The notes under the pieces are model-generated. The model saw only the letters and a program-made list of their open reading frames with translations, had not been told where the DNA came from and did not search any database. The translations under genes were made by a program, and so were the position numbers. Below are positions 6,545 through 11,843 of a stretch of 11,843 nt of DNA, one piece after another. Position 1 is the first letter of the stretch; the number at the start of each line of letters is the position of its first letter. This DNA comes from a virus, in the IMG/VR virus record IMGVR_UViG_3300045988_062539, positions 1 through 11,843 of that record; one strand, 5' to 3'.

Positions 6545-6739
6545 TTACTTAATTAGAGTTTTAATTAAGGTACAAAGTTCTGTCAACACTTTTGTGTTAC
6601 TTTGCACTGTTTCGTTTAACTTGTCGGTTTCGTTTTGATGTCTTTCGTTCTGTTTCTCCATGTAGAAGAAAAGTGCGACACACACCGCAACAGGAAAACC
6701 AACGTTACTTATTAATGATACTATTCCGTTTACGTCCAT
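6545..6739 (-). CDS. Small single-pass membrane protein, YvrJ-like; holin candidate (64 aa from the ATG at 6739)
   Basis: The ISNVGFPVAVCVALFFYMEK hydrophobic segment resembles the YvrJ-family core (..GNVGFPI..), followed by a charged helical tail. The track start at 6799 is a GTG that overlaps the predicted promoter, so the ATG at 6739 is preferred. The TAA abuts the portal ATG. Confidence 0.55.
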   Translation of the reverse strand: MDVNGIVSLISNVGFPVAVCVALFFYMEKQNERHQNETDKLNETVQSNTKVLTELCTLIKTLIK

Positions 6740-6771
6740 ATAGCAAATTTTATCTTTGTTATTTAATGGTG

Positions 6772-6802
6772 CAAATATAGCACTTTTATTTGGTATCACA
6801 AA
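6772..6802 (-). promoter_or_regulatory. Internal Bacteroidota-type promoter for the morphogenesis genes
   Basis: The minus strand reads TTTG (6802-6799), a 19-nt spacer, then TAtaTTTG (6779-6772), about 33 nt upstream of the ATG at 6739. Confidence 0.5.
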
Positions 6803-6819
6803 ATAAAACGGGGGGAAAG

Positions 6820-6835
6820 TGTTTCACGTTAAACA
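6820..6835. promoter_or_regulatory. Fifth copy of the ITR palindrome (TGTTTCACGTTAAACA) just upstream of the internal promoter
   Basis: 14 of 16 identical to the ITR site at 164-179, with 7 of 8 positions self-complementary. It lies 18 bp upstream of the -33 box. Confidence 0.55.
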
Positions 6836-6858
6836 TTTTTTAACCCAGTTAACAGATA

Positions 6859-7998
6859 TTAAGCAATAATGTTACTTCTTGCACTTGCCATTAAGTAATT
6901 TCGCACAATTTCACCAATTTCGTTATTCTGATAAAATACCTTATCGGTTGCGAAATATCTAGTAATCTGTGACTCTAGATAAGTCGCAGTACTCAATAAC
7001 TTTCGTTTGTAGTTTGGTTTGCCGTTCATTTGCAAAGAATATATCAAACTTTTGTCTGTGTCCTTTATCGGGGTTGTCTTGTTGTGGATATAAATAAAGT
7101 TATTCACCCCGTTTTCTTTGTCCTCAATCTGTATCACGTTGCCCTGTAATGTCATTTCGTTAAACTGAATATAGAAGACAAACAACACATCGTTCGGTTT
7201 GTACTTTACAGGTAGGTGTGGATATACAGCGAGTTCCCATTTACCGCCCGTAATCATTTGCAAATTTTCATTGTCAAAACAGAAGTATTTGTTACTAGCT
7301 TTCTGTTTAACAATCGTGCTACAGTATTCTACTGCAACCGTTGCACCGTGTTCGCCGAATCTATAAATATCAATTGTTCCCTGTTCCATAACTCGCACCT
7401 GTTTTAAACCCATTTCTGTAAAGTACGGGCAAAACTGATTAACGGTGTTACCTAACATAAATACTTTAACATCGTTTCTCTGTCTGATAATTGTACTCAA
7501 CAGGTTCATATATAACATAAACTCATCGGGTAAATAATAGCGTCTAGTCAAAAATTCATCGAATACAACTGTGGTTATATTCGGGTAACTGCTTGACTTT
7601 TCGTGTTCCTGTTCTGATAAACAGAAACCGAAACAGAACGGTGTGTTATCGGGTACACGTTTTTTGGTTTCAGGGTCATAAGACGAAAGAAACCATTTAC
7701 CCGAAATGTAAAACACTTCGTTAAACTTACCGTCTGTAAGTTCCTGTATCACACCGTTTGCCACATGATTTGCAAATAAACTTTCGGCACGTTTTCCCCT
7801 TAAATCTTCTCGCCAACGTCTAATATATGCCATTTGTTTTCCTGTCTTAAGATATTCTTTGATACCGTACAACAGGGTGGCATAAGTTTTACCGTTTGAA
7901 CGTTCACCAAATATAACGTTATAATCGGCATTCTTTGCCAAAATTCGTGAAAGACTGTAAAACTTTGGCGTTTCTACTTTTTCTTTTTTCTGTTTCAT
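6859..7998 (-). CDS. DNA packaging (encapsidation) ATPase, phi29 gp16-like
   Basis: 379 aa. Walker A is FGERSNGKT (G31-T38; compare phi29 gp16 GARGIGKS). Walker B is TTVVFDEF (D147, E148). The ATG lies 1 nt after the polymerase stop. Confidence 0.8.
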   Translation of the reverse strand: MKQKKEKVETPKFYSLSRILAKNADYNVIFGERSNGKTYATLLYGIKEYLKTGKQMAYIRRWREDLRGKRAESLFANHVANGVIQELTDGKFNEVFYISGKWFLSSYDPETKKRVPDNTPFCFGFCLSEQEHEKSSSYPNITTVVFDEFLTRRYYLPDEFMLYMNLLSTIIRQRNDVKVFMLGNTVNQFCPYFTEMGLKQVRVMEQGTIDIYRFGEHGATVAVEYCSTIVKQKASNKYFCFDNENLQMITGGKWELAVYPHLPVKYKPNDVLFVFYIQFNEMTLQGNVIQIEDKENGVNNFIYIHNKTTPIKDTDKSLIYSLQMNGKPNYKRKLLSTATYLESQITRYFATDKVFYQNNEIGEIVRNYLMASARSNIIA

Positions 7999-7999
7999 A

Positions 8000-10210
8000 T
8001 TATTCTTTTTTTAATCTGATACCAATTAAATAATTTATATAAAGTACTGAAAGACTTAAAGTGTACCCCGTTGGTTCTAAGTGCACCCCTGTTACTGTGT
8101 CGTAACTTGAAATAACGCCTTTATAGTCTTTTATCGTACCTGTCTGTTCATAATCTATATATGTATGAATATTTTTACATGTTGCCGTTGGAGGTATGTC
8201 TAAGTAATTGGTAAAAGCGTCAAAGATACCTTTTTCCCCAAACGTTTCTAACATGTAGGGAATAGCAGTTTTTTTGTTAACACCCGAAACTGTCATACTG
8301 TAATTGTAATTTTTACCGTTAACAGTAAGGGCGTTTTCTTCTTCGACCAGGTACCTTTTAGCACCTAAAGTCTTAAAACGTCTGTATCGTCCTTCGTAAT
8401 CCCAAACGCCAAGCGGTTTAGCTATTCCTTTTATTGTTACGGGTTCAACCTTTTCAAAGGGTATTTTATGAAACTTACAGGCTGCACGTAATTTCTGTTG
8501 CGCTAAATCATTATATAGCTTAAAATATTCTTTGTGTGCATCGCCGTTCATTATCTTAACGCTATCTGTATCACTATATATGTAATCGTCTCCACATTCT
8601 GAAATACCTGTAAACAGGTTTCTTCTTGCATAAGCGGTTACATAAATACCCCAAGGGTAAAAAAGAAATCTGTTTCTGCTTTCGTTGTATTTGCTTAACA
8701 TTTCTAACTGTTTTTCGCCTGTTAGGTGTTCAACGTCCCAATTTTCACCGTTGCACAAAATTTCATCACGTAACGGGTTTGTAACGCACATACCGTAACA
8801 ACTGTTTAGCATTTCTTTGCTATTCAAATACTCAACTTCTTTTCCCTTTACGCCCTTTAGTTTGGTTTTCATTTCATACAGGTGTAAAATTGATAACACA
8901 AACTCAGTCGGTAAATATTCTTTTCTGTAACAAATCATTTTGCCTATTCGTATTTGTTCCCAAGAATAAAACTGTGAAAAAACTTTAAAGTCTATTTCTG
9001 TTATAGTCATACAGATTTTACTAGCACAAACTAAACGCCCGTTATTCTCGGAAACATTTTCTTTAACGAAACACTTACTTACCGATATAGGGGTTTCGTT
9101 TTCTGATTTTGCGAAAATGTTTGTTATCTCAATATCAAATACGCAACAAAATTTACTAGTCATAAAATTAAACTGTTTCATAGATTTAACAGGAACGACA
9201 ACACCCGTACTCATAGGAAATTTCTCCGATACCATAACGTACGGGTAACTACTTGTAAAATCGTAACTGTCTACGTTTTCCATTATTAAATCTGTATACT
9301 TTGCGTTTGCATGAGTAAAACCACCCGAGAAAGCACGTTGCAGCATTTCAAACTCTTCGATACCTGTTATATTTAAATCGTGTATTTTGTCGAAATACTT
9401 AAAGTTTGGTGTTGTCTTGCCTGTTTCTTCGTCTGTTTTCTTGAAACATACAGAACGGCAATATTTACGTACAAAACCTGTTTTTGTCAAAGGTAATTTT
9501 GTTATTCCCTTGTAACGTTCTATTAATTCCTGTACGTAACACATAACCACTTTTATATCGTTCAAACAATAACCAATTTCTTTTTGCGTCAACGGTGTTT
9601 TACTGTGTCGCAATAGACTATAGTCTAAATCCCCGACTAACTTTTCACACTTGTAAGTGTGTAACTGTTCGCCCAACTTTGCCAACGAATAACCCGAAAG
9701 TAAGTAACTGCATCGAAACTCTAAACCTGTTTTAGTTATTCCGTAAATCGGTTTGCGCAAATCTATAGAGAAAACTTTTTCCCAATCTAACAATTCACGG
9801 AAAAACTGAAATTCGTATGCTAAATTGTGAACGTATATAATAATACGTCTTTTTTGGTTTAAGTTTAACAAAATTACTATCTCAGATAACATTTGCAAAA
9901 ACTCTTTCCAGGTTCGACCCATTATGCAATATCCGTTAATTCCAAATTGCCAAACATACATTAAAGAACACTTTTCCATTTTGGTTTCTTTACCGCCTAA
10001 TTTTATATAGCGTTCATAACTGTAAGTTTCCCCGTACTCGTCCCTGTAAAAAGACGTTGTTTCAATATCGAAAGATACAGGAACGTTTAAGAACTTTTCG
10101 CCCTTATTGTTTCCTGTAAAATTTTTTTCGTTCACAGCCAAAGATAAAACCTTTGCAATTTCTTTTGGGGTGTAAACTTCTGCATGTAGTTCAAAGGGTA
10201 TCTTTTTCAT
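8000..10210 (-). CDS. Protein-primed family-B DNA polymerase
   Basis: 736 aa. Exo I FDIETT (D48, E50). Exo II HNLAYEFQF. SLAKL motif. Exo III YCLNDIKV (Y214, D218). Motif A DFTSSYP (D317). Motif B KEMLNSCYG (K465). Motif C YSDTDS (D547, D549). KxY as GAKRY (K618). Confidence 0.95.
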   Translation of the reverse strand: MKKIPFELHAEVYTPKEIAKVLSLAVNEKNFTGNNKGEKFLNVPVSFDIETTSFYRDEYGETYSYERYIKLGGKETKMEKCSLMYVWQFGINGYCIMGRTWKEFLQMLSEIVILLNLNQKRRIIIYVHNLAYEFQFFRELLDWEKVFSIDLRKPIYGITKTGLEFRCSYLLSGYSLAKLGEQLHTYKCEKLVGDLDYSLLRHSKTPLTQKEIGYCLNDIKVVMCYVQELIERYKGITKLPLTKTGFVRKYCRSVCFKKTDEETGKTTPNFKYFDKIHDLNITGIEEFEMLQRAFSGGFTHANAKYTDLIMENVDSYDFTSSYPYVMVSEKFPMSTGVVVPVKSMKQFNFMTSKFCCVFDIEITNIFAKSENETPISVSKCFVKENVSENNGRLVCASKICMTITEIDFKVFSQFYSWEQIRIGKMICYRKEYLPTEFVLSILHLYEMKTKLKGVKGKEVEYLNSKEMLNSCYGMCVTNPLRDEILCNGENWDVEHLTGEKQLEMLSKYNESRNRFLFYPWGIYVTAYARRNLFTGISECGDDYIYSDTDSVKIMNGDAHKEYFKLYNDLAQQKLRAACKFHKIPFEKVEPVTIKGIAKPLGVWDYEGRYRRFKTLGAKRYLVEEENALTVNGKNYNYSMTVSGVNKKTAIPYMLETFGEKGIFDAFTNYLDIPPTATCKNIHTYIDYEQTGTIKDYKGVISSYDTVTGVHLEPTGYTLSLSVLYINYLIGIRLKKE

Positions 10211-10839
10211 TATAAACCGAAATCTTTAAAAGAATCTAATATCTTTTGTACTGTTTCTTCGACTTTTTCGCCAACGTTATCAATACTATTTTGTAAGTTA
10301 TCGGCTATTTTTACCGCATCACTTTCAATTTGGTCTGATACGTCCCGTGCGTCCTGTTCAAGTTCGCCTGTAAAGTCTTTATATTGCATAAGGTATTTTT
10401 CCAAAAATTTTTGGTCTGATACACTGGCAATCTTACCAATCAATTTTTCTTGCATCAAAGAAAACTCATCGTCTGAAAGTTTATAAGTTTTCTTTAAATG
10501 TTTTGCGTATTCATTCGTACCTGTAGCTGTTGATGTTGGTTGCTGCAAAAATGCAATAGCCTTTGAATATTCAATTTTTAAATTGTTCCATTCGTGTTTC
10601 ATCGAAAATTTTGTATACCCTTTTACATCACCTTTATTTAAGGCAACTACAGCGGGTGAAACAACACCGTTTTTTTCTATATTCTGTATACGTCTGTTTG
10701 CCTGTTGAAACACTCTTGCAATTTCTTTTCGTAAACTGCTACTACTTTCAACTGCATTTATTATTTCTTTTTTGACGTGCGCTTTTTTCGTTGCCCTAAA
10801 GGTACGACCGCTAAAGCCTATTGGGTTTTTATTTGCCAT
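10210..10839 (-). CDS. Terminal protein candidate
   Basis: 209 aa, immediately upstream of the polymerase and coupled to it by a TAATG overlap, as for phi29 gene 3 and gene 2. It has a basic N-terminus, a helical acidic C-terminal half, and a C-terminal KILDSFKDFGL reminiscent of phi29 TP KILSYLEQYRRGDFDLSLKGF. I cannot assign the priming residue. Confidence 0.55.
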   Translation of the reverse strand: MANKNPIGFSGRTFRATKKAHVKKEIINAVESSSSLRKEIARVFQQANRRIQNIEKNGVVSPAVVALNKGDVKGYTKFSMKHEWNNLKIEYSKAIAFLQQPTSTATGTNEYAKHLKKTYKLSDDEFSLMQEKLIGKIASVSDQKFLEKYLMQYKDFTGELEQDARDVSDQIESDAVKIADNLQNSIDNVGEKVEETVQKILDSFKDFGL

Positions 10840-10854
10840 AACTTTTTAGTTTAA

Positions 10855-10899
10855 ATGAAACAAAAACAGGGATAACAATAAAACTACTGTTACCCCTGT
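10855..10899 (-). terminator. Strong intrinsic terminator/attenuator between the early small genes and the TP-polymerase genes
   Basis: The minus-strand RNA forms a 12-bp stem (acaggggtaaca with tgttatccctgt, one G-U) and a 10-nt loop, followed by TTTTTGTTTCATTT. It ends about 16 nt before the TP ATG. Confidence 0.7.
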
Positions 10900-10926
10900 A
10901 AAATTATCACCCTTTACCTACATTCG

Positions 10927-11292
10927 CTACTTGTCTACAAAGGTAATACCATAACACTTCTTTGCATGTGAATCGTATTCATAAATTGTGTAACCTACCT
11001 TGTTTTCCTTGATAGCCTCAACCGCATCACTATCTGCGAGAATATCTCGTATCGTGTCAGCTGTGAATTGTGGCAAGTTCACCAAACGTTTATTTTCTGC
11101 GTCAATTATTACAGGTGAATCACCCAACTGCGATTTGTGGACGTACAAACCATTGATAGGATGTACCACATCTGCGCCACCGTCATTTTTACTGTTGTAG
11201 ATGTCTATCAACTTTACAAACGGAAAATCGGTTGTATCAATACCGAAACTTGTTTTGTTGAACTTACTTGCAAAACTAAAACCTTTAACCAT
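10927..11292 (-). CDS. Hypothetical protein, candidate phi29 p5-like single-stranded DNA-binding protein
   Basis: 121 aa (phi29 p5 is 124 aa), in the syntenic position upstream of the TP. The C-terminal half LVNLPQFTADTIRDILADSDAVEAIKENKVGYTIYEYDSHAKKCYGITF loosely parallels p5 [48 protein letters not shown]. Weak, from memory. Confidence 0.35.
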   Translation of the reverse strand: MVKGFSFASKFNKTSFGIDTTDFPFVKLIDIYNSKNDGGADVVHPINGLYVHKSQLGDSPVIIDAENKRLVNLPQFTADTIRDILADSDAVEAIKENKVGYTIYEYDSHAKKCYGITFVDK

Positions 11293-11337
11293 AACTTAAA
11301 TATTTAACGTTAAACTTGTTGTACCTGTGCACAGGTG

Positions 11338-11505
11338 TTACTTTACTTCTGTTACACCGTTGGCGGCTGCAAATTCGTTAAGCCACTTCTTAAAGCGGTT
11401 CAACTTAATAACCGCCTTATCATCTTTAGCTACTTCGTTGCTTGTCATAAGTGCGTTAACACTTGTAATACAGTTGAAAACTGTTTCATTAAAATTTTCG
11501 TTCAT
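11338..11505 (-). CDS. Small hypothetical protein (55 aa), first gene of the right-end operon; below the ORF-track length cutoff
   Basis: Hand translation gives ATG at 11505 to TAA at 11338-11340: MNENFNETVFNCITSVNALMTSNEVAKDDKAVIKLNRFKKWLNEFAAANGVTEVK. It lies about 45 nt downstream of the right promoter, is co-oriented with all other right-arm genes, and has an in-frame stop upstream of the ATG. Confidence 0.55.
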   Translation of the reverse strand: MNENFNETVFNCITSVNALMTSNEVAKDDKAVIKLNRFKKWLNEFAAANGVTEVK

Positions 11506-11554
11506 AATTACCTTAATTTTAAATTGTTAAACTTATTGTTTCTAAAACACGGTG

Positions 11555-11585
11555 CAAAGATACGTCAAATTTATGAATCCACAAA
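11555..11585 (-). promoter_or_regulatory. Bacteroidota-type promoter (-33 TTTG, -7 TATCTTTG) for the right arm
   Basis: The minus strand reads TTTG (11585-11582), a 19-nt spacer, then TAtcTTTG (11562-11555). This is the same -7 octamer as the left promoter. Confidence 0.65.
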
Positions 11586-11637
11586 ATTATTTTTGTTAAA
11601 TAGTGTTAAAGAATTAATTTAATAGTTGTTAACACTT

Positions 11638-11680
11638 TGTTTCACATGAAACATCTTCTCTTACTGTTCCACGTGAAACA
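11638..11680. promoter_or_regulatory. Two operator-like palindromes at the right end (TGTTTCAcaTGAAACA and the mirror of 164-179)
   Basis: 11638-11653 is a perfect 7+7 inverted repeat around a 2-nt centre. 11665-11680 is the ITR mirror of 164-179. Confidence 0.6.
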
Positions 11681-11843
11681 TTTCTTTTATGAAAAAATTA
11701 ACTGTGTTAACGGTGTGTTAAATGTGTTAAAGTGTGTTAACAATGACGGTAAATGTGGCACAACAAAAACCGTGCCAAAGTGTGTTAGCAAATGTTAAAA
11801 CATAGTTGGAAAATGTTAAATATGCGTGCTTTGTGTACCTTTT
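11643..11843. repeat. Right inverted terminal repeat (perfect part)
   Basis: Exact reverse complement of 1-201. Confidence 0.97.
11704..11740. repeat. Phased GTGTTAA array inside the right ITR (mirror of 104-140)
   Basis: Mirror image of the left array by ITR symmetry. Confidence 0.8.

Larger units (their letters stand above)
1..11843. mobile_element. Complete linear phage-like genome with inverted terminal repeats (phi29-type, protein-primed)
   Basis: The window starts and ends exactly at a perfect 201-bp inverted repeat. It encodes a protein-primed-type PolB, a TP candidate, a gp16-type ATPase, portal, capsid, tail knob and endolysin. No integrase or host genes are present. Confidence 0.85.

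Noticed and set aside
6751-6758. TATCTTTG on the plus strand, identical to the -7 box of both terminal promoters, which would drive antisense transcription into the ATPase gene
   Set aside because: There is no TTTG -33 element at the right spacing, only TTTA. TAnnTTTG alone is expected several times by chance in AT-rich DNA of this length, and no plus-strand gene follows. An antisense RNA is not excluded, but nothing supports one.
640-10900. Recurrent CCTGTAG/CTACAGG and CCGCCTGT strings, seen at 642-650, 1335-1342 and many sites inside genes
   Set aside because: Apart from the two hairpins already listed, the copies lie in coding sequence in a consistent reading context (Leu-Gln-Gly or Tyr-Arg type codons). 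They show no fixed spacing or partner, which is most simply codon and amino-acid usage.
1008-11200. Remaining short ORFs nested inside or antisense to the large genes: 402-590, 1008-1220, 2102-2284, 2423-2737, 2911-3111, 3002-3214, 3911-4102, 3920-4120, 4498-4710, 4966-5148, 6592-6780, 7216-7407, 10563-10775, 11000-11200
   Set aside because: Each is fully embedded in a longer ORF with recognisable motifs or strong synteny. They have shadow-frame composition and no promoter or start context of their own.
11327-11622. Two plus-strand ORFs (67 and 95 aa) at the right end
   Set aside because: They read outward across the predicted right promoter toward the ITR and give Cys/Phe/Leu-rich junk-like sequence. 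They are antisense to a better-placed 55-aa minus-strand ORF.
1-11843. Alternative readings of ITR plus PolB: casposon, polinton-like element, linear plasmid or transposon
   Set aside because: There is no integrase, Cas1 or transposase and no flanking host DNA or target-site duplication. The rest of the element encodes portal, HK97-type capsid, packaging ATPase, tail knob and lysin, which is a tailed-phage module.
1-11843. Mycoplasma phage P1-like genome, given the similar size (about 11.7 kb), ITRs and protein priming, with a recoded TGA
   Set aside because: All genes are intact long ORFs under the standard code, so no TGA read-through is needed. The promoter motifs point to Bacteroidota rather than Mollicutes.
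1-11843. tRNA, rRNA or other structured RNA genes
   Set aside because: The intergenic space is very small, and none of it shows cloverleaf-like or multi-helix potential on inspection.

Overview
The first 201 nt of the window are the exact reverse complement of the last 201 nt. It therefore looks like one complete, linear, AT-rich 11.8-kb replicon rather than a chromosomal fragment. The gene content is that of a very small phi29-type (protein-primed) tailed phage. On the minus strand, read right to left, lie a 55-aa ORF absent from the ORF track, a 121-aa p5/SSB-like protein, a 209-aa terminal-protein candidate, a 736-aa family-B DNA polymerase with all exonuclease and polymerase motifs, and a gp16-type packaging ATPase. 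These are followed by a small YvrJ-like membrane protein, a gp10-like portal with a poly-acidic tandem-repeat tail, a 189-aa morphogenesis protein, a gp8-like major capsid protein, and a gp9-like tail knob apparently split over two ORFs. The short left arm on the plus strand holds two orphan ORFs and an M15 zinc-peptidase endolysin. The two arms converge on a bidirectional terminator at 1312-1346. Expression signals look Bacteroidota-like: TTTG-N19/20-TAnnTTTG promoters facing inward from both ends plus one internal copy, and essentially no Shine-Dalgarno sequences. Non-coding points of interest are 5'-AAAA termini, a helically phased TTAACAC array in each ITR, a 16-bp palindromic operator-like site present five times, and a strong hairpin terminator separating the two small early genes from the terminal protein and polymerase genes. 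All protein assignments rest on motifs I can read plus remembered similarity to phi29 proteins. No searches were run.
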